From a virus, in IMG/VR virus record IMGVR_UViG_3300025009_000051, positions 64,001-128,000 of that record: a DNA stretch of 64,000 nucleotides. One strand, 5' to 3'. This document shows positions 1 to 9,262 of this stretch, piece after piece. A program made the position numbers and the translations under genes. Every line of letters starts with the position of its first letter. Positions within the stretch are counted from its first letter, which is position 1. Under the pieces are notes generated by a model. It saw nothing but the letters and a program-made list of their open reading frames with translations. It was not told the DNA's origin and ran no database searches.

Positions 1-647
1 AATCTAAAATGCACTATTTCATAATCTTGAAAAGTTTTAATTTTATATGACGGAGCCATTTGCAAACTTAATGAAGGATCATATTTAAACGAAACATCTC
101 CATTGTCTCCATCTAATCTTTGTATTGCATAACAAGATAATGGATAAGCATTGGTAATACCAATTTTTTCAGTAATATCTAATTTTAAAAATAAATCTCC
201 ATATTTTACTAATATTCTAACCCAAGGCCATAAATTAAATTCTATGTTTAATATATCATAAAATAAATTTTCTAATGCATTTTTAATATTTTCATCTTCT
301 GTATCTATATGAATTATTTCTCCGAACTCGTTCCGAGTTGAGGCCTCATCCGAATATATGTCGAGCGCCGAAGATAGTCTGGCATCTGCATCCATTGCTT
401 CATAATCCATATACAAATTCTTTCTGGTAACTTGTATTCCATGCATTAAAATATTATCTGCATAAGAAGATTTCAAAAACCCAGAAGTCGTGTCTGCATT
501 AACTATGTTTGTATCTAATTTTAATTTTGATTGAATTTTATCAATATCAAAGTTTCTTATCTTTGCATATTCTTGTCCTTTTAATAATATTCCTTTTCTG
601 AATATTTTTTCTAATCTGTCGAAAAATGTATTGTTTTGTTCTGCCAT
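1..647 (-). CDS. gp20: T4-like portal protein, N-terminal part (runs off the window start; absent from the ORF track)
   Basis: Hand translation from ATG at 647: MAEQNNTFFDRLEKIF...YMDYEAMDADARLSSALDIYSDEASTRNEFGEIIHI...LFYDILNIEFNLWPWVRILVKYGDFYLK...EIVHFR, matching the gp20-type portal pattern. Confidence 0.9.
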   Translation of the reverse strand, partial: MAEQNNTFFDRLEKIFRKGILLKGQEYAKIRNFDIDKIQSKLKLDTNIVNADTTSGFLKSSYADNILMHGIQVTRKNLYMDYEAMDADARLSSALDIYSDEASTRNEFGEIIHIDTEDENIKNALENLFYDILNIEFNLWPWVRILVKYGDLFLKLDITEKIGITNAYPLSCYAIQRLDGDNGDVSFKYDPSLSLQMAPSYKIKTFQDYEIVHFR

Positions 648-694
648 TGTTGATTTATTTTATAAATAAATATATGTTTGTTTTATTTCCTTAC

Positions 695-1129
695 TTAAAT
701 TCTACTCTTGTATTCTTTTAATAATGTATTTATCAATTCTGATTTTTTAATGTGTTTATTTTCCAACCAGTCAATTATATCTTTATCCAGAGTTATTTGA
801 ATATTTTTTTTAAGATTAGCGGGAGAAGATAATTTTCTTGATTCATTGTATTTTGGTTTGTGCTTTCTACCTTGTTGCCTATTATACGTATCAGAACGGT
901 TTATAAACTCCCATGTCAATAGTTCTGCTTCTTTTTCTCTCATCTGTTCCTCATCATCATAATCATATAAAATTTCTTTCTTAAAATTTTGAAATCCATC
1001 TTGTAATATTGCTTCTGTTAATTCCTTTCCTTTTCCAATATATCCGTCTTGAATGTCTTCTGTTATATGTGAGCCAATGTAGATTTTACCATTTAATTGA
1101 TTTGTAAGCTGGTAGATTAAATAATGCAT
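695..1129 (-). CDS. Short GIY-YIG endonuclease-like protein with a C-terminal ribbon-helix-helix-like segment
   Basis: LIYQLTNQLNGKIYIGSH...YIGKG...FKKEIL...E...TYN is a GIY-YIG pattern; the tail IQITLDKDIIDWL...KSELINTLLKEY resembles an RHH domain. Confidence 0.7.
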   Translation of the reverse strand: MHYLIYQLTNQLNGKIYIGSHITEDIQDGYIGKGKELTEAILQDGFQNFKKEILYDYDDEEQMREKEAELLTWEFINRSDTYNRQQGRKHKPKYNESRKLSSPANLKKNIQITLDKDIIDWLENKHIKKSELINTLLKEYKSRI

Positions 1130-1140
1130 ATAATTATTTT

Positions 1141-1452
1141 TTAGTTTGATATGAATGCTCTAATTATATTTTGTTCGTTTATTAATTTTCCGTCTGAGTG
1201 AGCCATTAAAACAATTTTTTTATCTTGATATAAATTTAAAAAATTTGAAAAATTTAGTTCTTCATTTAATGTATAAGATAAAACTTGTTTTATTTCACTA
1301 TTTGTGGGTATTTCTTCTAAAGCCGAAATTTCAGTTTCTATTACTTTATCGCCATCCCACAAAAAACAAGGCTTATCAGTTATAGAAATATTTGAATGCC
1401 CCAAAAGAATTAATAATTCATTTACCATTTGTTTGTCTACGAAAGATTTCAT
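1141..1452 (-). CDS. Hypothetical protein
   Basis: 103-aa ORF with a TATATTTATA motif upstream. Confidence 0.6.
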   Translation of the reverse strand: MKSFVDKQMVNELLILLGHSNISITDKPCFLWDGDKVIETEISALEEIPTNSEIKQVLSYTLNEELNFSNFLNLYQDKKIVLMAHSDGKLINEQNIIRAFISN

Positions 1453-1695
1453 ATTTTTATTATTAAATTTGTTTATAATTGTATATAAATATAAGAAATA
1501 AAAAAAGAACTTAATTTTTTCATCTAACTTATATTTATTTTATAAAAGAAGTCTTTTCGGTTTTTTTAATCTTTTTCGTATTTTATTTTTTTATTTTATA
1601 TTTATTTAAAAATAATTAACTTTTTTTAATAGAAAACATCTATCATTTTCACATATCACAGAAGAAAAATAACGAAAAATAAAAATACTGTCAAT

Positions 1696-2547
1696 ATGGC
1701 AAAAAATTTTCATAAGAAATTAAAAAATACCGGAATTATATTTGAGTTGTTAATGAAACAAGTAACCTCAGATATCTTGTCCAACAAATCCAGCAAAGCG
1801 AAAAATATTCTTCAAAAATATTTTAATAAAGATACTGAATTAAGTAAAGAATTATTATTGTATCAAACTCTTGCTGAAGACAAATTCAAAAAATATAAAG
1901 ATGCAGAAATGTTATTAAACCTTTCTGTAAAATCTTTTAGAACTCTTAATTATAAGAAATTACAGAAAGAAAAATATATGCTAATCGGAGAAATTCGAGA
2001 TACATATGAAATGAAAGATTTCTTAAAAAGCAAGGTCAATAATTATGTTCTTTTAGCTTCTATCTATAAACTGTTAGAAAATGCTAAAATTAATATTTCT
2101 CCTTCTGAACTTGTTAAAGCAAAATCATTTTTAATTGAACATATATTAACAAATAAGGCAGCTAATAAAATTCAAACAGAATTAGAAGATTATAAAGGAT
2201 TAAATGAAGATTTAAGAATGCTTACTTATAAGATAATTGTTCAGAAATTTAATGATAAATATAAAGATTTAGATGATAAGCAAAAAAGTATATTGAAAGA
2301 ATATATTAATAATATTTCTGATTCAACTAAACTGAAAGAATATGTTGATAAACAAGCTTTAAATGCTAAGGTGATATTGACTAAATTAATTAAGAAAGTT
2401 AAAGAAGGAAATTTAAAGGTGAAATTAGAAGTAGTGTTGAATGAAATGGAAAATAAATTTAAAGGTAATGTCGCATCAGACGATCAAATATTGAACTTGA
2501 TGAGATATTATGAAATAATTAAAAATTTGAAAACTATTATAATCTAA
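1696..2547 (+). CDS. Conserved head-module protein of jumbo phages (probable prohead core/structural)
   Basis: HKKLKNTGIIFELLMKQV N-terminus; helical; first gene of the operon containing the prohead protease. Confidence 0.55.
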   Translation: MAKNFHKKLKNTGIIFELLMKQVTSDILSNKSSKAKNILQKYFNKDTELSKELLLYQTLAEDKFKKYKDAEMLLNLSVKSFRTLNYKKLQKEKYMLIGEIRDTYEMKDFLKSKVNNYVLLASIYKLLENAKINISPSELVKAKSFLIEHILTNKAANKIQTELEDYKGLNEDLRMLTYKIIVQKFNDKYKDLDDKQKSILKEYINNISDSTKLKEYVDKQALNAKVILTKLIKKVKEGNLKVKLEVVLNEMENKFKGNVASDDQILNLMRYYEIIKNLKTIII

Positions 2548-2555
2548 AAAATATA

Positions 2556-3065
2556 ATGAACATAAAACTCTTAAATAAATACATCAAAAAATATTTAGAG
2601 GAAATAACCACTACTGCAAATGTAGCTGGATATAATACTCCGAATGCTTTTTCTACCGATATGACTCAACAAAAGAAAAGAGCTAAGAAGCAAGGGTATA
2701 AAGTTTTAGATGATTTAACTGGAAATAAAAAATCAGATTTAAAACCAAGAAAAACAAAGAAACCAGAAAAGATAATGAATGTTCCTTCTAATGTAATTGG
2801 TACAATAGATATTGAAAAATTGACCGAAGCAAATTATAAAGAGTTTAAATCAGATGATAAATTATCCACCAAGAAAAAAATTAATCAAGCAGTTTCTAAG
2901 ATAAACGGAGATTTATTTAGATTAGATAGAATGGTAAATCAAATTTATAAATTAAAAACTGAAACAGAATTCAGTTCAGAAAAATATTGGGCGTCTACTA
3001 AAAATAACTTGAATAAAGCCCAAGATAAATTGACTAAATTATTAATTAAAATGAAAAAAATATAA
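2556..3065 (+). CDS. Probable internal head protein
   Basis: YLEE-ITTTANVAGYNTPNAF; LxE sites; located in the head operon. Confidence 0.5.
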   Translation: MNIKLLNKYIKKYLEEITTTANVAGYNTPNAFSTDMTQQKKRAKKQGYKVLDDLTGNKKSDLKPRKTKKPEKIMNVPSNVIGTIDIEKLTEANYKEFKSDDKLSTKKKINQAVSKINGDLFRLDRMVNQIYKLKTETEFSSEKYWASTKNNLNKAQDKLTKLLIKMKKI

Positions 3066-3068
3066 ATC

Positions 3069-3347
3069 ATGAATAAAAACGAAATTAAACTTAGAACAAT
3101 CATTCGAGAAGAATTGAAGAAACAATTAACAGAAGCAGTTGACGACAAATGGAAAAAATCAGACTACTCCGTAAATAAAATTAAAAATTTGCATTTTGAT
3201 TTATTTCAAAAATTAATGAAATCTATTCAAGTAGACAATGCAAAATCTACACCAAAAGAAGAATTTGATTTTATTTGGGAATCTTTAACTGCTTTATTTA
3301 ATAATACTAAATTTAGAGATGAAGTTTTTAAAGAAAATAATAAATAA
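3069..3347 (+). CDS. Small protein with the shared leader MNKNEIKLRTIIREELKKQLTE (probable internal head protein)
   Basis: Leader repeated at 4204, 5316 and 48862(-). Confidence 0.6.
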   Translation: MNKNEIKLRTIIREELKKQLTEAVDDKWKKSDYSVNKIKNLHFDLFQKLMKSIQVDNAKSTPKEEFDFIWESLTALFNNTKFRDEVFKENNK

Positions 3348-3367
3348 TATTTTTTAAAACAAAAAAC

Positions 3368-3973
3368 ATGAAAGAATTATTAACATCTGAAATAGTACAA
3401 ATAAGAGTATCTGCTCAATTAATCAATGAATCCAAATTACAAAATAATGGAAGATTAATATTAAGAGGAGTAATTCTTCAAAGAGCAAATGCAAAAAATG
3501 CTAATGGAAGAATATATCCAAAACCGGTATTATTGAGAGAAGCAAATAAATATCAAAAAAACTATATCTCAATAAATAACGCCATTGGGGAATTGGATCA
3601 TCCTGACTCATCTACAATTTCTTTAAGTCGCGGTGCATTAAATGTAGTTAAGATGTGGTGGGAAGGCGACGATTTAAAAGGAGATGTTGAAGTATTAACT
3701 AATCTTCCAAATGGGAAAATCCTGGAAGGTTACCTTCTGCACGGAATAACTGTTGGTATTTCAAGTAGAGGATTGGGGTCAGTAAAAGAATCTGCAAATA
3801 ATACAGTTGAAGTTCAAGATGATTTTGATCTTGTCGCTTTTGATTGTGTGAGTACTCCTTCAACTCAAGGAGCATATATGAGATTGACAGAAGGAAAAAA
3901 TATGAACGCTGTTAATGAATATACTAAAGCATTAGAAACTTTGAACCAACTAATTGATGAAATTATATTTTAA
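3368..3973 (+). CDS. gp21: Prohead core maturation protease (T4 gp21-like)
   Basis: NANGRIYP, GELDHP, GISSRGLGS, FDCVSTPSTQGAYM motifs. Confidence 0.92.
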   Translation: MKELLTSEIVQIRVSAQLINESKLQNNGRLILRGVILQRANAKNANGRIYPKPVLLREANKYQKNYISINNAIGELDHPDSSTISLSRGALNVVKMWWEGDDLKGDVEVLTNLPNGKILEGYLLHGITVGISSRGLGSVKESANNTVEVQDDFDLVAFDCVSTPSTQGAYMRLTEGKNMNAVNEYTKALETLNQLIDEIIF

Positions 3974-3978
3974 AAAAT

Positions 3979-4449
3979 ATGAATACAAAAGAAAAAATTG
4001 AATCATTGTTTAATTATTCGGGTGTAAGAGTAAAGCAAGCAAAAAACTATTTTGAAGTATTAAATCTTTCCGCCAGTAAGCACGATTATAAATCTGTAAT
4101 TAATGACATAGAAAAAGCTACAAATAAAAAAGTAGTAGATTTCCAATCTGATATGTTTTCAATTAAATTTGAATTAAAAGAATCTTTAAATAAAAAAAAT
4201 AATATGAAACAAAACGAAATAAAACTTAGAACGATAATTCGAGAAGAATTGAAGAAACAATTATCAGAAGGAAAAAACTTTGAACATATAATAAATGATA
4301 CATTATATCAAAAAGCAACTAAAGAAAAATTAAATGATAAAGAAGCTGAAGAATTAGGTAAGCTTCTTAATTGGTCATTAAAAAATCTTTGGTCTTCAAT
4401 TTCTTCTTATGGATATAGTCTTAATTATTCTTCTGATGAAGCAGGGTAA
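3979..4449 (+). CDS. Hypothetical protein with an internal copy of the leader (ATG 4204); frame stays open after the TAA to 4545
   Basis: MKQNEIKLRTIIREELKKQLSE begins at 4204. Confidence 0.55.
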   Translation: MNTKEKIESLFNYSGVRVKQAKNYFEVLNLSASKHDYKSVINDIEKATNKKVVDFQSDMFSIKFELKESLNKKNNMKQNEIKLRTIIREELKKQLSEGKNFEHIINDTLYQKATKEKLNDKEAEELGKLLNWSLKNLWSSISSYGYSLNYSSDEAG

Positions 4450-4611
4450 GGTGAAAGGGATAGAATATTAATAGGATTAAAAGGGGTTTTAAAACTGAAT
4501 GCACCAGTTAATGATATGATTAAAATATATGAAAAATTAAAATAAACAATAATTTTCAAACTTTTTATATTTATAATAAGTAAAAAACAAAAAATTTAAA
4601 CACAAATCAAT

Positions 4612-5106
4612 ATGAAAACATTCGTAGACAAAAAAGGTAATATCATTGAACCTTCAGATGAAATTATAATCAACACCAAAAAAGGAAATTTAAAAGGAAC
4701 GATTATATCATTAAAGGAAGGAAAAATAAAAGTAAAAATAGGTAGCAAAGTAAAAGATTTAGATTATAATACATATAAAAATTTAATCTTAATCGAAAAT
4801 ATTTCTGACGCTTATTCAGATAATGGACATAATATTAATCCAATATTAAATGAATTATTAAATGATACAAGAAAAGGAGAAAAAAGAGACGATTCAATTC
4901 AATTAGATGAAATGTTTGGTAAAGGTATTTCTACTATTTCTGTAAATACACCTAAAGCTAAATTTTTGTATAAGAAAAATAAATTGATTGCTTTGATTAA
5001 AGAAGCTAAATCATTAACAAGAGATTATAAAGAATTATTGCCGTTGACAGAACAGTTTAATAAGATGCTGAAACAATTGTCAGATTCAAAAAAAAAAATT
5101 AAATGA
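4612..5106 (+). CDS. Probable virion protein; may extend to 5314 through a frameshift at A11
   Basis: TATATTTATA at 4566; A11 at 5088-5098; +1 frame open 5099-5314. Confidence 0.55.
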   Translation: MKTFVDKKGNIIEPSDEIIINTKKGNLKGTIISLKEGKIKVKIGSKVKDLDYNTYKNLILIENISDAYSDNGHNINPILNELLNDTRKGEKRDDSIQLDEMFGKGISTISVNTPKAKFLYKKNKLIALIKEAKSLTRDYKELLPLTEQFNKMLKQLSDSKKKIK

Positions 5107-5315
5107 AGGAACCGAATATAAGGAAGGAGATATTATTAAATTCAAAGACGGTGAAGAATGGATTGTAATAAAATCAAGTAAACTAAGAACACACGGGCAG
5201 GTTGGATATGGAGATACAATTGCTATAAAGCCTTACAATAAACTCGCTAAAGATAGAAATATTAGTTTAGGAATTGAAGTAACTTCAGATTACATTGAAA
5301 AAAATACAAAATAAA

Positions 5316-5738
5316 ATGAATAAAAACGAAATTAAACTTAGAACGATAATTCGAGAAGAATTGAAAAAACAATTGAATGAAGCAATGGAAGGATTTGACA
5401 TTAAATCAGTTCCTTTGGCACCATTAGAAAATAAAATTAAATCTCTTACAGGTGTAGCAATTAAATTTGATAAGGTAGAAGAAACCAATGGAGGATATTT
5501 TTCACTTTCAACAACAAAAAATCTTGTTTCACAAACTGGCATATTTAAAACAGTTTTTAAAGAAGTTTCAATGGGCACTGTTAATGCACAATACAACGAT
5601 AATGTCGAATCTAGTCCGTATTATTGGATGCCAATATATATATCATATAGACATAACGAACGCGGATCAAAAGGTATAAGAATTTTGACTGCTTTGTATC
5701 ATCCAAAAACAGATAAATGGGATTTTGAATTAGAATAA
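5316..5738 (+). CDS. Leader-module protein (probable internal head protein); start corrected to ATG 5316
   Basis: MNKNEIKLRTIIREELKKQLNE followed by an unrelated domain. Confidence 0.6.
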   Translation: MNKNEIKLRTIIREELKKQLNEAMEGFDIKSVPLAPLENKIKSLTGVAIKFDKVEETNGGYFSLSTTKNLVSQTGIFKTVFKEVSMGTVNAQYNDNVESSPYYWMPIYISYRHNERGSKGIRILTALYHPKTDKWDFELE

Positions 5739-5769
5739 TTTTTTTGAAGAATGAGTATAAAATTTATAC

Positions 5770-6273
5770 TCATTCTTCATCTAATAATCTTGCACAATAT
5801 TCAGACACAATCGAGTTATGTTCATTAGCTCTTCCAACAGATAAATGAAATCCATAAAATGGTTCACCCAATCCGAGTCCATTTCTTAAATACAAAAAAT
5901 ATTCTTCTGATTCTGGTAATAATTCTAACCACCAATGTTTACCATTACTTCTAATTTCATTAGATAAATAAACATCAATTATCTTATCATTACATTCATC
6001 CTTAAATTTATTCCAATATTCAGTAATAATCAAATCATTTTCTATTCCTAAACCAAATTTTATATCTTTAACACTATCATTGATTAAGGATATATGGCTA
6101 CCACGAATAGGTTTATTTAATTTTAAAAGATATTTCTTATAGATAAACCAAGAATAATAATCACATAAATCATCATCAAAAGAAATAATAGACATTCTTT
6201 TCCATTCAGATTGTTTTCTATGCTTATTAGTTATATCGTCTGGTTCTACTATAATTTTACCTTGAATGAGCAT
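5770..6273 (-). CDS. 2H phosphoesterase family protein
   Basis: Two Hx(S/T) motifs, GSHISLI and FHLSVG, about 85 aa apart in a 167-aa protein. Confidence 0.65.
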   Translation of the reverse strand: MLIQGKIIVEPDDITNKHRKQSEWKRMSIISFDDDLCDYYSWFIYKKYLLKLNKPIRGSHISLINDSVKDIKFGLGIENDLIITEYWNKFKDECNDKIIDVYLSNEIRSNGKHWWLELLPESEEYFLYLRNGLGLGEPFYGFHLSVGRANEHNSIVSEYCARLLDEE

Positions 6274-7256
6274 AAATAAGAATCTAAAATATTTTTTATT
6301 TCTTCATTATAAAAATCACCTGTTGTTTTTCTTTTAAGTTCTGATATATAATCTCGAATAATAAATCCAATTTCTGGAATTGTATGATTTTCTTTTAAAA
6401 ATATAAGAACTTCTTCAAAAGTATCTAATTTAAAATTCTTTTTAATACTATATACTTCAGAGACTATATTCTTCCAATAAGGTATTCTATTATTTATTTT
6501 ATAAGGAATTTTTTCAAATAGTCCTTCAGTAAACGTATGTTCTATATCAGGATGAACAAATCCATATCTTGTTCTTAGAATATTATTATTTGTAAGATAA
6601 TCTTTTATATTCAATTTTTCTAATAAATCATATAATTCTTTCCAATGTTCTTGAATTTCTTCTTTATGAGCAGAATTAAATTTTTTAGTGATAAAAGATA
6701 AATATTGTTCATTGGTATTAAAAATTCCATTAGCTTTCAAACCAAATTTATTTATATTAGAAGTACCGATACTCAATCCTTTTGCTTTAAGCATACTTCT
6801 AATTAATTCTGTACGATGTAATCCTTTTAAAAATGGTTTTGTTTCATTAGAATAAAATCTTAATTCAGTAAGATAACTAAAATTATTTTTATTATTATCA
6901 GATATCATTAAATCTATTTGATATGTATTTTCATCTTGGTTAAGATATAAAGTAATGACATTTGAAAATATAATTTTTCTTGAATCTCCTTCTCTTAAAC
7001 TTACATTATATTCTTTTAATTTTATTTCTAATTCTGGAATTAAATCTTTAAGTTCTTCTTTCTTAAAATTTGAATTTAATTTAATTGCAAAATCTAAATC
7101 TTTTGATTCATCTTTACCCTTTCCTTGTAACATTAATCTGGTACTGCCTAAAGGAGTTAATGAAGTAATATCAAAATATTCTATTTTTTCTAATACAGAC
7201 AATAATTCATTAAAGATACGATATATATTATCTTTGGTTATAACAGTTGTTTCCAT
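6249..7256 (-). CDS. Pol-beta superfamily nucleotidyltransferase
   Basis: hGS motif (PLGST), then DxD (KDLDFAI) and a third carboxylate in QIDLMI. Confidence 0.65.
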   Translation of the reverse strand: METTVITKDNIYRIFNELLSVLEKIEYFDITSLTPLGSTRLMLQGKGKDESKDLDFAIKLNSNFKKEELKDLIPELEIKLKEYNVSLREGDSRKIIFSNVITLYLNQDENTYQIDLMISDNNKNNFSYLTELRFYSNETKPFLKGLHRTELIRSMLKAKGLSIGTSNINKFGLKANGIFNTNEQYLSFITKKFNSAHKEEIQEHWKELYDLLEKLNIKDYLTNNNILRTRYGFVHPDIEHTFTEGLFEKIPYKINNRIPYWKNIVSEVYSIKKNFKLDTFEEVLIFLKENHTIPEIGFIIRDYISELKRKTTGDFYNEEIKNILDSYLCSFKVKL

Positions 7257-7259
7257 TTC

Positions 7260-8066
7260 TTATTCTTTAAATTTTTCTAAATATTGAGATATCTTAATAT
7301 AATCTTCCAATTCAAATTTATTTTTAATCACTGCAATCAATGTTTCATCAAATGTAAAATCACTTTGAATAAATTCTAAAAAAGAAGTTATTTGTTTAGT
7401 ATTAATAAATCTATTCATTTCTTGTTCTATATACTCTTCTCGAGTGAACATGGCTAAATCAACAATTTTAGTAATAATATCTACATCTATATCAGGAAAA
7501 TTAAATCTATGTAATTCTATTTCTTCTTCTTTATTTAATATATCCATGTCTATATCAATAAATCTTTCTTTAAATGCTCTGTCCAATTCTCTTGTAGAAG
7601 TATATTCATTTCCAATGTTTGCAGTTGCTAAAAAACAAACTCCGTTTGCTACATATATTTCTGGAGTATCTTTACTTTCATCTATTCTTAAAAATCTTTG
7701 TTGTTCGTCTAATACTGACATAAGAATTCTTTCAGCATCCATACTTGACCTTGAAATTTCTTCAAGTAATATTATTGCATTTTTTGTTTGAATTGCATTT
7801 ACAAAATAAGATGAAACCACAAATGTTCCTATCGTAGGATTATAATGTGTATTTCCAATTAGAGTAGCTCTTGCATCTTGGGATGAACCCATTGGTATAT
7901 TAAAAAAAGGACGTTCTGGAAATGTTTCCTTTAATTTGTACATTGTTTTCGTTTTACCTGTGCCTGTTGGACCAGTCAATAATACATTTTTTCCTTTTTC
8001 TATAGCAAAATTCAATATCTTCCAATTAAGGTTTGATATTTTCAAATCTTTCGGTATCTCTCTCAT
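7260..8066 (-). CDS. MoxR/CbbQ-type AAA+ ATPase
   Basis: Walker A GPTGTGKT, Walker B-like ILLEEISR, FLATANIG, LDRAFKERF. Confidence 0.85.
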   Translation of the reverse strand: MREIPKDLKISNLNWKILNFAIEKGKNVLLTGPTGTGKTKTMYKLKETFPERPFFNIPMGSSQDARATLIGNTHYNPTIGTFVVSSYFVNAIQTKNAIILLEEISRSSMDAERILMSVLDEQQRFLRIDESKDTPEIYVANGVCFLATANIGNEYTSTRELDRAFKERFIDIDMDILNKEEEIELHRFNFPDIDVDIITKIVDLAMFTREEYIEQEMNRFINTKQITSFLEFIQSDFTFDETLIAVIKNKFELEDYIKISQYLEKFKE

Positions 8067-8089
8067 TCTTTAAATATTTTATTAAATAA

Positions 8090-8413
8090 TTATTTCTTTG
8101 TATTTAAATCTCGAATTTTTTTATTTACTTCAAATAAAGTTTTATCAAACTGTTTAAATCTTTCTGTGATTTTTATTGCTTCTTCTTCTGAAGTTTTGTT
8201 TATTTTATTTAAATCTTTTTTAATGCTTTGAATAGCATCAAAGTATCCTTTGATAGTTTTTCTATCTTCCTTGAATACAGATATAAATTCAATAAATTTG
8301 TCTTCGACAAGCTTTAATTCAGTTTCAATTACTTTTTTTCTACGATTGTTTCTTATATGAAGAAATAATGCAGTGACACATGCCATTGCAATGGCAATTT
8401 CTAAAATTATCAT
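8090..8413 (-). CDS. Membrane-anchored coiled-coil hypothetical protein
   Basis: Hydrophobic N-terminus followed by heptad-rich helix. Confidence 0.5.
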   Translation of the reverse strand: MIILEIAIAMACVTALFLHIRNNRRKKVIETELKLVEDKFIEFISVFKEDRKTIKGYFDAIQSIKKDLNKINKTSEEEAIKITERFKQFDKTLFEVNKKIRDLNTKK

Positions 8414-8428
8414 ATGATTGTTATTTAG

Positions 8429-8677
8429 TTAGGTTTCTTTTTTTTGTGAGTTAATATAATAGTCTTCAAGTTTGTCCATCACTTTTGTATATGCTTTTAC
8501 AATTGCAGTATATTCTTTTTCAAAAAAATCTTCTGAAATATTAATATCTCCAACTGTAATATAAAACCCTTCATCTGGATTCATTGGTAAAATGCCGCTT
8601 CCCAATAGTTGAGATTTATAGGCATTTTCTTTCATCCATTTTTCTTTTCTTTCGATTTTATCTTGTTCATAATCCAT
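8429..8677 (-). CDS. Hypothetical protein
   Basis: 82-aa ORF in a co-directional run. Confidence 0.5.
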   Translation of the reverse strand: MDYEQDKIERKEKWMKENAYKSQLLGSGILPMNPDEGFYITVGDINISEDFFEKEYTAIVKAYTKVMDKLEDYYINSQKKET

Positions 8678-8688
8678 ATTCTAAAATT

Positions 8689-9195
8689 TTAAGGTTTATA
8701 GTTATCACATTTTTCAAAAGCAATTATATCATCAAAATATTTTAATCCTCTAAATTCTCTCCATTTTTTCTTAGAATAAATTCCAGATACAAAGTCGTGA
8801 GCTTTCAAATGATTTCTAATTATTGTTTCTACTTTAATCCAATTAATTGGTAAATCATCAAACAAATGTTTCCATTTACTAATATAAGGTAAAGCCAATA
8901 ATTCATGATTTAAATGACTTACTTTTATATGTGCTAATCCAGTTTTTTCATCTATCACTAATTCTTTTTCTGCTGTATCATCTTTAGCAATATCATGAAA
9001 AATAGCACAAATTTTTAAATCTATATCATCTCCAAAAAATCTTTCTACATTTTCAAATACATTTTTTATATGAATATCTACCCAAATTTCCGGATGATGT
9101 TTTTTACTTTGATATGTACCTGATAGACTGATTCGTTTCCAAATCGGAATTCTTTCCCAATAATCGTAAAATGTCATATTCTTAATTTGTATCAT
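8689..9195 (-). CDS. HD-domain phosphohydrolase
   Basis: KHHPE...IHIKNV...AIFHDIAK...HE...H...D; resembles HD domains of tRNA nucleotidyltransferases. Confidence 0.75.
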   Translation of the reverse strand: MIQIKNMTFYDYWERIPIWKRISLSGTYQSKKHHPEIWVDIHIKNVFENVERFFGDDIDLKICAIFHDIAKDDTAEKELVIDEKTGLAHIKVSHLNHELLALPYISKWKHLFDDLPINWIKVETIIRNHLKAHDFVSGIYSKKKWREFRGLKYFDDIIAFEKCDNYKP

Positions 9196-9199
9196 ATTA

Positions 9200-9230
9200 C
9201 AAATATAACAATTTTTTTGAACTTAACAAA
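9200..9230 (-). promoter_or_regulatory. Bacteroidota sigma-A type promoter
   Basis: Minus strand TTTG-N19-TATATTTG upstream of the HD gene. Confidence 0.75.
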
Positions 9231-9262
9231 AAAAATTTTTTAAAACCGTTGTATTATTTCAT

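Noticed and set aside
665-674. Reading TATTTATA/TATAAATA as canonical T4 late promoters on the opposite strand
   Set aside because: The motif is consistently oriented as TATATTTAT toward the downstream gene on both strands, so the T4 orientation would point away from the genes.
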